Source: Candidatus Aldehydirespiratoraceae bacterium | GTDB taxonomy: Bacteria > Actinomycetota > Acidimicrobiia > Acidimicrobiales > Aldehydirespiratoraceae | NCBI GenBank assembly: GCA_965214565.1 | Contig: OZ243951.1 | Span: forward strand, 1,017-65,016 | Length of the DNA stretch: 64,000 nt | Direction: 5' to 3' | In this document: positions 19,801-25,899 of the stretch, piece by piece | Layout: every line of letters begins with the position of its first letter | Position numbering within the stretch: the first letter of the stretch is position 1 | The notes under the pieces: generated by a model | Seen by the model: the letters and a program-made list of their open reading frames with translations, nothing else | The model's database searches: none | Told to the model about the DNA's origin: nothing | Program-made: the position numbers and the translations under genes

Positions 19801-22508
19801 TGCGCTGCGGTGACGCCTCCGCCGAGGTTCGTTTGGGGGTTGAGATGTCTCTGCGGGGAGAACACTTTGCCGTCGTCGGTATAGTTGCGCACCGACTGGA
19901 GACCGCGGGGGAAGCTGATGTGGAACTCCTCGTCGGAGACGTCGCCGTCGTCGAAACCGTCTCGGGTTTTCAGCACGATCGTCGCGGTCTGGGCGCCGGC
20001 GCCAGCGAACTCCAGCCAGCGGAACCCGACATGCGCGGGCGTGTACCGGTTCACCGCCTCCACCGACACGCCCGTGCCGACAGCGGCCATCTCGAAATCG
20101 TTGTGATGGACCGGCCACGCCACGTTCGCGCTGTAACGCGGCCCACGAACCGAGCTGACCACATCGCACGCCACGTAATCCGCCCACCGCTCCAGCGACT
20201 CATCGCTCCAGTCTTGGAGGTTCAGGTCGCATTTCACATCAGGGTTCTGGCGATGCCCGGTCGCCTCCAGATACAACGGCACCCGCACCCACTCGTTCGC
20301 TGTGAGGGCGCGACCCAAGCTGATCGTCAGAGAACGGTCCACCCGAGTGGCGTCCCCCTCCACCATCACCTCAGAAATCTGGGTGCCCGAGGGGCTGGTA
20401 CGCACCCCTGTCCCGGCCATCGACACCTCGGTCGGGTCGTCGTCCACCAGCGTTAGGGGGTGGCTCACGTCGCCGATGCTGGCGTAGTTGCCGGCGCCGG
20501 TGACGGCGTGCGTGATCGTCAGCCCGATATCAGCCGCATCAGCATCGTTGTCCTCCGCCGACACCGTCACCGTCTGCGGCATGGGCCAATTCGACGGTGT
20601 GAACGTCAAAGAGGCGCCCGTCGTGATCGTCGCTTTGGTGGTGTCGCTGCTCGACACCGCCACGGTCACATTCGAGGTCGGCGCCGCGGAAAGCCGCACC
20701 TCATAGGAGTAGTCGCCGCCTACGGTGACGACCTTCTCCTCGATGTCGTATAACACGATACTGCCTTGCGTCCTCTCGACCACCGGCACGTTCTCGACGA
20801 TGTCTCCCTCCAAAAGCCGACCCCCGCCGTTGTCGATGACCGCGAGGCCTGCCTCCGCCTCGTTGAGCGTGATGCGATACAAGCGCTCAGCGAGACGCAC
20901 CGGCCCACAACCATCGCCAGAGCACACACCACCCGCCAAGTTCGTTGTGATGTGGTTCCCCTTCCACGGATCCGACGTCGGATAAGTCCTGACCACCAGA
21001 TTGTTGGTCGCGGTGTCACCGTCGTCAGTAGCCGCGGTCACCACCACCGTCGCCTCAGCCGCGGACGGTCCCGTGAACCTCAACTCGCCCGTCGCGCCAT
21101 CGGCCGAATCCGCATACGCCACGCCTTGCGGGCTGCCGTCGAGCGACAGCGAGAAATGCGTGCCCAGCGTCGCGCCCTGAAACGCGAGCGGCACCGTCAG
21201 CATCTCCCCCGCTGCCAGCCCACGACCCAACGTCACCCGGAACTTCGCGGTGTCCGTGCTGCTGCCCTCGGTCGCGACCTGGTCCGTCGTCGCGGCGTGA
21301 TGCAACTCGATCTCGGTCACCTCGTCGTCGCCGGTCACCGTCAACGGCACATCCGGCAACACGATGCCCGTGTATTCCGTCGGCACGGTGCTCGTGTTCG
21401 GGCACTTCACCGTCTGGGGTCCCAAGCCGACATCGATGCGGCAGTTGGTCGTGTCGTAGTAGTCCTCGTCGTACTGATAGACCGTGAACACAAGATTGCC
21501 CGACAGCTCCCCGCCAGGAGTGTCCACCGCATTGTTGAACGCCGCAATTGACACCTCGAACTCCGACACCCACTCATCTTGCTCAACCGTGCCGCTTCCG
21601 TCGACGTCGAGTCCGGTGCCGTCGGGGATGTTGACTCCGTCCAGGTTGATCGAGAACGCGTGACGAGGCGTCGTGGGACCCGCCCCCGCGTGCTGGGCGA
21701 AACCGCCCCTGATGTTCGCGATCGGCGTTTCAGTCCCCAGCTTGCCCATCGTCGTCGTATCAACGAGGCCCACCACCACGATGCTCTGAGTCGGACGGCT
21801 CTCATAGGGAATGGTGACCGTGATGGTGTCGGACACGTCGCGGTTGTCGTTGTTGGTGAGCCGCTCCATCATCGTCGTCGAGCCACCGCTCACAGTGATC
21901 GACGCCCCCGTCCCGGTCAGCGTCGTGTCCGACACATCGGTGATCGTCACCGTCCAATCACCCAAAACCGTGCCGCCCTCACAATCAGCGGTCGTACACA
22001 GCTGTACCCCGAACGTCTCATCATCAGAATCGCCGTCGGAATGGGCCTCCACCTCGAAACGCAGACGCTCGCGCAAAGAGTTCACAGACGCCCGGCGCCC
22101 CTCACCCGCCGCGACCTCAACCAGACCATCGCGACGCCAATGAACCTTGAACGTGATATCCGACGGTTCGGCCGTGTACCCCGTCAAAGGCTTGAAAAAC
22201 ACGTAATACGCCGGACGATCCGGCAAATTCGAAATCTCGAACTGGCGAGTCTGACCCTCCTCGATCACCGTGCGATGCAAAAACGCCCGGCTATACGCCG
22301 ACACGCCCGACGAGCCCGCCGACTGCGCCGCAGCCTCAGAAACCCCCAGACCCGCACCCGACAACACCGGAACCGGTGCCACCACCAACAACGACGCCAA
22401 CAGCGCCACCGCCAAGCCGCACACCAACCCCCGACGGCCAACCCGCGACCGAACGAGAAAGGCTAAGCCCCCCCCCCCCCCCCGCAGGAGAAGACCCAAA
22501 CACACCAC
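7848..22508 (-). CDS. giant secreted Calx-beta / beta-sandwich repeat protein (4,886 aa), adhesin- or surface-layer-like
   Basis: One uninterrupted 14,661-nt ORF. The N-terminus has a basic stretch (RSRVGRRG), a hydrophobic core (LAVALLASLLVVAPVPVL) and AAAQ. Many Calx-beta-type motifs are present, for example ITDDSTVEGDETFTMTL, IIDDNTVEGDETIRMYA, LVDDGTAESTETFKVQL and TTDDSTYEGDHYFRVTL. Other beta-sandwich repeats carry an LTFT..NW...QTVTV signature. Composition is acidic and rich in T/A/V/G. I saw no LPXTG, SLH, RTX or C-terminal TM segment. Confidence 0.9.
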   Translation of the reverse strand: MVCLGLLLRGGGGGLAFLVRSRVGRRGLVCGLAVALLASLLVVAPVPVLSGAGLGVSEAAAQSAGSSGVSAYSRAFLHRTVIEEGQTRQFEISNLPDRPAYYVFFKPLTGYTAEPSDITFKVHWRRDGLVEVAAGEGRRASVNSLRERLRFEVEAHSDGDSDDETFGVQLCTTADCEGGTVLGDWTVTITDVSDTTLTGTGASITVSGGSTTMMERLTNNDNRDVSDTITVTIPYESRPTQSIVVVGLVDTTTMGKLGTETPIANIRGGFAQHAGAGPTTPRHAFSINLDGVNIPDGTGLDVDGSGTVEQDEWVSEFEVSIAAFNNAVDTPGGELSGNLVFTVYQYDEDYYDTTNCRIDVGLGPQTVKCPNTSTVPTEYTGIVLPDVPLTVTGDDEVTEIELHHAATTDQVATEGSSTDTAKFRVTLGRGLAAGEMLTVPLAFQGATLGTHFSLSLDGSPQGVAYADSADGATGELRFTGPSAAEATVVVTAATDDGDTATNNLVVRTYPTSDPWKGNHITTNLAGGVCSGDGCGPVRLAERLYRITLNEAEAGLAVIDNGGGRLLEGDIVENVPVVERTQGSIVLYDIEEKVVTVGGDYSYEVRLSAAPTSNVTVAVSSSDTTKATITTGASLTFTPSNWPMPQTVTVSAEDNDADAADIGLTITHAVTGAGNYASIGDVSHPLTLVDDDPTEVSMAGTGVRTSPSGTQISEVMVEGDATRVDRSLTISLGRALTANEWVRVPLYLEATGHRQNPDVKCDLNLQDWSDESLERWADYVACDVVSSVRGPRYSANVAWPVHHNDFEMAAVGTGVSVEAVNRYTPAHVGFRWLEFAGAGAQTATIVLKTRDGFDDGDVSDEEFHISFPRGLQSVRNYTDDGKVFSPQRHLNPQTNLGGGVTAAQADAQAWYGIADDDAAPPSTGETVEVPLDWPLLPSGVGVGDTFRLLYVTNGETAATSRQGSVYDDFVRAEITGAQLKGGGVPELVPHAESFFGLVTTLGDGGGTGTYGARDRAQFNMYRIDEGVQPNDPIYWVGGDKVADNASPDFIDGTWDSESPRHADGTAATVDTDGYWTGGTEEGHRTNHAFCSGGTGGHNRGQVGEPNVHVGKLDGNDSSRFSPLGPIRARTPACTDAEPATEMRPLYALSTSVFEVVGGAVEITPRSRAAEGSAVSFTVTMSEAAPTGGITVPYTFAHGLGIATDPAHIVADASDFADTAGSVTIAQGATTATIAVATTDDSTYEGDHYFRVTLGTPTGTDAPGLAAGKSTGIGIITDKADLPNVAFASATAVAAEDAGTIGVTVTKTGTTAVPLSIYWTTADGTAAHPTDYTAQSGYLEFATGDTTKTLTIDLVDDGTAESTETFKVQLDGTLAVDARAGSTAETTITLTDDDDGTAGVTLSGSAVTLTELHATDAEMSYTVVLDSDPGANVVVTVSSGDATAVAVDTDSDMAGDQSMLTFTHGNTGNWSSAQTVTLRAVNDGDSAAETVTVSHAAEVSDAGNPYHQIPINSVTATTVDAGHKIVVVPVAVSVNEGDTAEYGIRLASNPGGAVTLHVTAVNSSGSLTVSPVTVSFNAGNWMSAQTVTINGGSGGAGGVTHSVSSSAGTASSRYPVNMVGPQVDVTVVPSAALVFDVGEGVAVSEESGHTDTYEVKLNKAPSADVTVAITAAVGAAVNPASLTFTTTNWDTGQEVTVSGVDDNTINTGGARMVTISHSTSSSDNDFNALSGNVTVRVADTDTTPTLGVTPAQVQSSAFASGGTVTLTLTPEHVTFFGVGDGDGLGPEGGDRGAGNLRSGGSLTASGLALLTFTGAPTGLTVNSAELGAAMSDVHGQPKHRSLEVVLSYSGSAITADDPVTLNVGRRLLRRSLSATKAVPYGASLSADFTIKAPGPVTVSMAGSDGDANGNAVEGASGATGYRTITLTLGRVLTGSESVTVPLTVTGATVGASNDYTFGLSGSNTGVSLNTSGTNSAQNPAVVFASGAQTATLRLMPVDNNVRTQPYVIVDYGTGSRAPSASGAALGAVSGDPVGVVLVDDETGDFEVAADWPLLPSGLSGGDEFRLMFITSQTRTAESTDIDVYNEWAQGVVAAGGHAGLKPYAGLVRVMGSTTTVDARVNAGMHTGSAWADGSANASSSGVKVYWLAEPSSDKVADNYFDFFDGSWDGGADQSGADTVESGAARTVTAGFWTGSHIHDGRKDPNMTRRLGATMPSVARVSLGNPLSDTSAMSDDSLPMLAMSPVFKVEAAATPELTFASAAYSAAEDGGSVDVTVNASSAPSSALTVNLDSQAETATEASDYTAPPTTFTFPAAMTSHTFSVNITDDSTVEGDETFTMTLASGTGYTVGMPATTTVTITDDDTPPVAVTMSASDGDSDGNAVEGGPGTTGYRTITLTLGRALTGSEQVTVPLTVVGATVATDYTFALQPSTQTGVSLNTSGSNSAQNPAVVFAAGAQTATLRLMPVNNSDRTQPYVIVDYGTPSGSGGVTLDTPTGGPIGVVLVDDETGDIVLPPGTAFRPAVLNNAEYRLMFMTSEGGLATSTDIADYDHFVRAAAVANGGDDLLPYVGFFRAFVSTATVDGRNHVGIWDTSANGGSGGFADGTTRARDSGTVLYWLGTGGEQVSSSYWRLCNQAWTGRWSSADATRLRHEDGSVGDGAKVWTGMNNNCTTSSNPLGTATPAYGPGARVGSGSASQSLSSGTEAAASENRFYAVSEIVKTVASADMPEVAFTRGNSSANEGETVRLTLMASPAPTADLTLTYIVEEGGGATAGQDFTAGEASVMIPAGQTSVAFDVATREDGVFEDSESFRVGLVASPDYLRARGVTIVTIIDDDAVEIGFEQPEYWVLEDSGTFDVNLTLNQQTEQQIDLTLAFGGTATDGSDYTAPSTSVTIPSGNASGTHTISIPIIADSMQEADETIVVRIASSETPRATAATPDRTTLYIADQDRTAPGLVVPSTVEVDEGGTAAYRLRLATEPSGTVTVTVTVSGQTSATLTLDADDSTNGDQASVQFDASNWYIGRKVTVRGVHDTDLTDDSVTLSHSSSGADYGSVTGSVAATVDDEDVTLSITPGAAVTEGTAAEFTVTASTAPDRNLTVNVGIADASGADFVAAGQQGNRTRTLPAGQSSATFTVPTVEDFIVETSGPITITLQNSDNYRIDSSAASAEVRVNDNDASAVAVAMLGSDGDADGNAVEGAGNSTGYRTITLRLDGPLSGSETLTVPLTVTGAAVTADYTFGLAPTTQTGVALDTSGPHSAQNPAVVFTAGATTATLRLTPVDNDVRTQPYVIVDFGSGATASGGINVGEQTGGPINVVLVDDDTGDIEVAADWALAPSGLSAGDEFRLIFITSQRRTAVSTDIDAYNDWAQLVVAEHGHAALLPYSGLVSVIASTATVDARENTAMWDPALNSNAGGYTDRSTSDSDSGTKIYWLAAPSTDKVADNYFDFYDASWDTGTNNRSHATNEAATAQMSIYWTGSSDAGVEVSGHTLGDSNPRFGSMDTLGNTPLDHTANTVNTTELRMLAMSPVFKIDPSATGPEVSVRLMTGEGENRNDDDEVEKSEADATVSFPLTLDAQPATALTVCVRVEESGDTDRVAAADEGIKTVSFQAGVQTGSIDVAWTDTAADDLDSVITVTAVPSSTAGCSSTDSYTVSGTNGSDKVRITDDEATEVTLTASDTAMSEQDASDTATLTVSLGRPLISGESVVATITLASGTGARLPGHATPDFAVTASGTGVALANATSTTARVTFTGSDSNTVQTATVTLTPIATAAGDDGDTSDEEITATLNVVTGTGSGTVVTGGGAMVVSASSEVDLTIDDDDASACSAQSTVLSVSSLRITENGGKTTYCVRLTTAPSGGSTTVTIGTAAGRAVFDPSTFTVIESVGSGAATISPATLTFTASNYTEPQQVTVTAVDEPSDNRNRRFNLTQTASGGGYSSSSLGTVSVLVTDAPELEVFEYRRTYDEAAYNAHKRANRGWGIFRPNTLTSTPGLGPAPDITPGEVLDYFVRLSSQPASDVTVTINVTQIAGYDPLTFTGISFTRNGTPQQSLTFTFHDGEPTAAGCWDGGYGGDRHTQTRISWKCYRVIWVHNTRSLHVEGTQCADVVHSGTGGGFRRATVDKMRAFSLGEVFRHYPKEFEIGQYRDLDSTKFYRLVYFSKQTPGGPYTWHMREWGNPNAPVVTADTLNLQTHYVSSGRFHWPSDCPFLRRQYTNQHTPQNSPSRDVPQPAEAPPEPAAVVANLTLATGGGTSVDVSWDAVADADKYLVAYSAEAADGTAQSAGVFDGIATTSHTLDHGIAGPVTVTVTVTPGYDTDSGTAVYLDSLAATTTVDLSGEDETSSDPPAVPPECVPDDTLKLARRYYDLNKHRAPGYGKNWRRVLIAFGDIADTQLKPFTAAEASQSETRWSGWRPFREALECIEQAQTAKPAPPPVEPEISITAGTDVTEGGDATYTITAAPAPTADLDVTIEITQTGAFTSTGTQTVTIPTTGSYTLTVATTDDSVDEPDGTVAAAINIGSGYTVSSTQGAATVAVSDDDVPEIVITAGADVTEGEDATFTITADPAPHTALSVAVKITQTGAFTSTGTQTVTIPTSGTYTLTVATGDDSTDEPDGTVTATINTGAGYTVSSTQNTATVAVADNDVPEISITASADVTEGDDATFTITADPAPSAALDVTVKITQSGDFASTGTQTVTIPTSGTYTLIIATNDDSTDEPDGTVTATINSGNGYTVSSNNGAATVTISDDDDPPAADTTDTSDGDTSNGAPAQSGPITLTVADASASEGDPQGLRFVATLSRASDQEIKLGYGAFDITAKYNQDFTIPYRTFTINPGETQVEIVVPIIDDNTVEGDETIRMYAYESTFTTIFNFTYATGTIKDND
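8250..9194 (-). repeat. three tandem 315-bp (105-aa) Calx-beta-like repeats
   Basis: Units span 9194-8880, 8879-8565 and 8564-8250. Each begins PEI(S/V)ITA..DVTEG.DATFTITA.PAP and ends ATV.VSDDDV. The exact 315-nt period is confirmed by the antisense ORFs starting at 8392 and 8707, which are nearly identical; a third antisense ORF at 9031 repeats the same peptide from its fifth residue, 9 nt in from the extrapolated unit position 9022. Confidence 0.9.
11907..12971 (-). repeat. internal module D (355 aa)
   Basis: VAVAMLGSDGDADGNAVEG...YRTITLRLDG...RTQPYVIVDFG...DEFRLIFITS...IYWLAAPSTDKVADNYFDFYDASWD...IYWTGSSD...MLAMSPVFKID. Confidence 0.85.
14352..15416 (-). repeat. internal module C (355 aa)
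   Basis: VAVTMSASDGDSDGNAVEG...YRTITLTLGR...RTQPYVIVDYG...EYRLMFMTS...VLYWLGTGGEQVSSSYW...VWTGMNNN...FYAVSEIVK. Its DNA is very similar to module B over the first half. Confidence 0.85.
15768..16829 (-). repeat. internal module B (354 aa)
   Basis: VTVSMAGSDGDANGNAVEG...YRTITLTLGR...RTQPYVIVDYG...DEFRLMFITS...VYWLAEPSSDKVADNYFDFFDGSWD...FWTGS...MLAMSPVFKVE. Confidence 0.85.
19044..20429 (-). repeat. internal module A (divergent, 462 aa): beta-sandwich plus endostatin/DUF1554-like unit
   Basis: Starts EVSMAGTG. Contains WPLLPSGVGVGDTFRLLYVTN...YWVGGDKVADNASPDFIDGTWD...YWTGGTEEG. Ends LYALSTSVFEVV. Confidence 0.7.
22468..22483 (-). repeat. homopolymeric tract, C16 on the plus strand (G16 in the gene sense)
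   Basis: Counted directly: ggctaag + 16 c + gcaggag. As annotated it lies in codons 9-14 of the giant ORF (R-G-G-G-G-G). Confidence 0.95.
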
Positions 22509-22682
22509 GACAAGCGGAGAAGCTCACACGACCACTCAAACGGCTCAACATCCCAAACTCCTCAACTCCACAGAACCTGCAACGAACGAAGCATTGTAAC
22601 AGCCCGGCAATTCAACGCGACCAGCGGTCCGTACCGCCCGCGACGCAACACGAAGCGACGCAGCCACGACTGCACTCGGCCC

Positions 22683-24467
22683 TCAATCGTGAAGCTGCAA
22701 AGCTGAAATGAACGCTTCTTGGGGGATGTCGACCCGACCAATCGACTTCATCCGCTTCTTGCCACGCTTCTGCTTTGCCAGCAGCTTGTTCTTGCGCGTG
22801 ACGTCACCGCCGTAGAGCTTGGCGGTGACGTCCTTGCGAAACGCCCGCACCGTGCAGCGGGCGATGATCTTCCCACCGATCGCCGCCTGGATCGGCACCT
22901 CGAACTGCTGGCGCGGGATCAACTCCTTGAGCTTCTCCGCCATCTTCTTGCCGTAACTGTAGGCGTTGTCTCTGTGGACGATGGTGCTGAACGCGTCGAC
23001 AGCCTCCCCGTGCAGCAGCACGTCCACACGCACGAGGCTGTTGACCACGTAACCGTCCGGTTCGTAGTCGAGGCTGGCATAACCCTGCGTGCGGCTCTTG
23101 AGCTGGTCGAAAAAGTCGATGACGACCTCCCCGAGCGGCAGCCGGTAGATGATCTCAACACGTTCGGGCGACAAGTACTCCATCTTCACCATCTCGCCGC
23201 GACGACCCTGGCACAAGTCCATGACCGCCCCCGTGTAGTGCGACGGTGTCAACACGCTCACCTTCAGGTACGGCTCGGCGATGGAACTGATCTCACCGGC
23301 CGGCGGAAGATCCGACGGGTTCGACACGACAACGCTGCTGTTGTCGCTGCGGGTGACGCGGTACTCCACGGACGGCGCGGTCGAGATCAGCGACAGGCTG
23401 AACTCCCGCTCGAGGCGTTCACGCACGATCTCCATGTGAAGCAGGCCCAGGAAGCCGCAACGGAACCCGAATCCCAGAGCGCCCGACGTCTCAGGCTCGT
23501 AGGTGAAGCTCGAATCGTTGAGGCGCAGCTTCTCAAGCGCCTCCCGAAGGTCGGTGAACTCGTCGCCCTCGATCGGATACAACCCGGAGAAGACCATCGG
23601 CTTGGGTTCCGCATAACCGTCTAGGGGCTCAGCAGCCGGGTTCTTGTCGGTGGTCACAGTCTCGCCCGAGCGGGCCTCGCCGACGTCCTTGATCCCCGCT
23701 ATCAGATAACCGGTCTCTCCGGGACCGAGTTCATCTACCGGTTGATTGTCTGGAGTGCGCACGCCGATCTCGTCGGGATCATGGGTTGTCCCCGCATGCA
23801 TGAATCGCAGCTTCGACTTCGACGACATGACACCGTTGACCACACGGACCGACGACACGACGCCCCGGTACTGATCGAAGTGAGAGTCGAAGATCAGGGC
23901 CTGCAACGGGTCGGCCGCGCTGCCCCGGGGGCAGGGTGTGGTCGCCACCACCGCGTCCAGAAGCTCCACCACACCCTCACCGGTCTTCGCGGAGATGTGC
24001 AGGACGTCCTCTGCCGGTATGCCGAGCACCTGCTCGATCTCAGCCGCGTACTTGTCGGGCTCCGCAGCGGGGAGGTCGATCTTGTTGAGGCAGGCGACGA
24101 TCTCCATCTCGTTCTCCATCGCCAGATAACAGTTCGCCAGGGTCTGGGCCTCGATCCCCTGTGCAGCGTCGACCACCAGGATCACGCTCTCACACGCCGC
24201 CAGCGAACGGCTGACCTCGTAACCGAAATCAACATGTCCCGGCGTGTCGATGAGGTTGATGATGTGGTCGCCCCACTCGAGTCGGACCGACTGGAGCTTG
24301 ATGGTTATCCCCCGCTCCCGCTCCAATTCCATGGAGTCGAGGTACTGGGCACGCATGTCCCGGAGGTCAACCGCGCCGGTTAGTTCCAACAGACGGTCGG
24401 CGAGTGTCGACTTGCCATGATCAATGTGGGCGATGATCGACGTGTTGCGTATGCGCTCAAGCTCCAT
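22683..24467 (-). CDS. lepA: translation elongation factor 4 (LepA)
   Basis: [23 protein letters not shown]1 motif, [12 protein letters not shown], and the LepA C-terminal domain. Start set at the internal ATG (24467, MELERIRN...) to match normal LepA N-termini; the ORF extends to 24563. Confidence 0.95.
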   Translation of the reverse strand: MELERIRNTSIIAHIDHGKSTLADRLLELTGAVDLRDMRAQYLDSMELERERGITIKLQSVRLEWGDHIINLIDTPGHVDFGYEVSRSLAACESVILVVDAAQGIEAQTLANCYLAMENEMEIVACLNKIDLPAAEPDKYAAEIEQVLGIPAEDVLHISAKTGEGVVELLDAVVATTPCPRGSAADPLQALIFDSHFDQYRGVVSSVRVVNGVMSSKSKLRFMHAGTTHDPDEIGVRTPDNQPVDELGPGETGYLIAGIKDVGEARSGETVTTDKNPAAEPLDGYAEPKPMVFSGLYPIEGDEFTDLREALEKLRLNDSSFTYEPETSGALGFGFRCGFLGLLHMEIVRERLEREFSLSLISTAPSVEYRVTRSDNSSVVVSNPSDLPPAGEISSIAEPYLKVSVLTPSHYTGAVMDLCQGRRGEMVKMEYLSPERVEIIYRLPLGEVVIDFFDQLKSRTQGYASLDYEPDGYVVNSLVRVDVLLHGEAVDAFSTIVHRDNAYSYGKKMAEKLKELIPRQQFEVPIQAAIGGKIIARCTVRAFRKDVTAKLYGGDVTRKNKLLAKQKRGKKRMKSIGRVDIPQEAFISALQLHD

Positions 24468-24583
24468 CTGCCACGAAACGATACCCGCCACAGTTCCAAA
24501 CAGACCCGAACGACCGGTGGTGCGATCCGGTGAGCGGGGCCGATACGCTTGTCGGTCGTTCAACCGATCACCAGCAGGTAACC

Positions 24584-24850
24584 GTGGCCAATATCAAGTC
24601 GCAGATCAAGCGCAACCGACAGAATCTGAAACGCCATCAACGCAACCGGGGCGTACGTTCAGAGATCAACACCCGTACCCGGACAGCGCTCGAAGCCATC
24701 GACAACGACACCCCAGACGCTGACGAGGCAGTGCGCCTCGCCGTCAAGCGCATCGACAAGGCCGCCCAGAAGGGCGTGCTCCACAAGAACACCGCGGCAC
24801 GCAACAAGCGCCGCCTAGTTCGCAGGCTCAACGCCCGGGACGAGGGCTGA
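24584..24850 (+). CDS. rpsT: 30S ribosomal protein S20
   Basis: GTG start giving (M)[20 protein letters not shown]..., about 88 aa and basic. Divergent from lepA, as in many Actinobacteria. Confidence 0.9.
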   Translation: MANIKSQIKRNRQNLKRHQRNRGVRSEINTRTRTALEAIDNDTPDADEAVRLAVKRIDKAAQKGVLHKNTAARNKRRLVRRLNARDEG

Positions 24851-24856
24851 CGACCG

Positions 24857-25894
24857 CTAACGGCGGCTGAGGTTGCTCAACCGGGCAACCAACACCTCCA
24901 TCACCAACTCGGGAGGCCAGTCGACGGTGCCCCGAAGCTGCATGTCGGCGGTCGCCAACAAGTCGATGGCACGGGCCAGCCTCTCGGTCTTGAGCTTGCG
25001 GCTCTGCTGCATCGCCTTCTTCGCGGGGAACGTCGATCCCTTCATTCCCAGCAGTTTCGCGGCCTCGGTTTCGTCGCGGACGCCCGCGCCGTCGAGGCGC
25101 AACATGTTGGAGTAGCGCTTGTGGAGCATCGCCAGCAGACGGAACGCCGCATTGTTACGGTCGCTCTGGGTTCCCTCATAGGGGATCAGCCGCGGCAGCA
25201 GCTTCAACGCGGCTGAGATGTTGCCGTTGTCGATGACGTCGTCGAGCGCCCACGGAACCGCTGAGCCGAGGTCGTCTCCGCCGTAGGTCGCCACGTCGTC
25301 AGCGGTCACCGTTGCGCCGGCGCCCACCGCTCCTTGCAGAGTTCGCAAGAGCCCGACGACGCGGCCCCGATCCTCGCCGATGAGCGTCTCCACCGCCGCT
25401 ACCGCACCACGGTCGAACTCGAGGCCCGATTCCGCCAAGTAGTCCCGCAGCCAGAGCGCTGCGCCCTTGCCCCTCGGAACCGTCGTCTGTTGGACGGTCC
25501 CACCGGCAACCTCCACCGCCACCTTCAGCGCCTTGGGAAGCGAGGGCATCCTGTCGACTCTGGGGTCGACGCCGCGCTCCCACACGATCACCAGATCGGT
25601 GGACTCGAGCGGTTCGCCGATCAGGTCGGTGACCGCGCCGAGCTGCTCCTTGCCTGCCCAGCGGCTGGCGTGCCGGCCCACCACGACCCGCTTGTCGGTC
25701 AGGAAGGGCGGGGTTCGTGCAGCGTCGATCAGGCGCGCCGGTTCAAAGGTGTTGTCGTCGGTGCGGTATTCAGCTTCGGTGAGGATCTCGAGCATCAGGG
25801 AGCGGTCACCGTCGCCCACCAACTCGTCGATTGCGGTGCTGACAGACTCTCCGACGAGCACCGGATCATCACCGACGATGAGTCGCAGAGCCAT
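24857..25894 (-). CDS. holA: DNA polymerase III delta subunit
   Basis: 345 aa. N-terminus (LRLIVGDDPVLV...) and C-terminal helical domain follow the HolA pattern. Occupies the conserved position downstream of comEC and next to rpsT. Confidence 0.85.
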   Translation of the reverse strand: MALRLIVGDDPVLVGESVSTAIDELVGDGDRSLMLEILTEAEYRTDDNTFEPARLIDAARTPPFLTDKRVVVGRHASRWAGKEQLGAVTDLIGEPLESTDLVIVWERGVDPRVDRMPSLPKALKVAVEVAGGTVQQTTVPRGKGAALWLRDYLAESGLEFDRGAVAAVETLIGEDRGRVVGLLRTLQGAVGAGATVTADDVATYGGDDLGSAVPWALDDVIDNGNISAALKLLPRLIPYEGTQSDRNNAAFRLLAMLHKRYSNMLRLDGAGVRDETEAAKLLGMKGSTFPAKKAMQQSRKLKTERLARAIDLLATADMQLRGTVDWPPELVMEVLVARLSNLSRR

Positions 25895-25899
25895 CGCGC

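Noticed and set aside
11907-20429. The hypothesis that the lectin-like modules are diversity-generating-retroelement (DGR) variable regions.
   Set aside because: There is no reverse transcriptase, accessory gene or non-coding template repeat in the window. Differences between modules are spread over all nucleotide types as far as I can see by eye, rather than confined to adenine-templated positions.
24468-24563. N-terminal extensions of several track ORFs: lepA to 24563, rpsT from 24530, the msiK-like gene from 29027, galK from 36452, trx-TPR to 38895, PAC2 from 38455, the LytR_C gene to 52808 and proB to 63410.
   Set aside because: The extensions overlap neighbouring genes or hairpins, are Arg/Pro-rich, and precede the positions where the conserved family N-termini begin. 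Internal starts give normal lengths and often form ATGA/GTGA coupling junctions.
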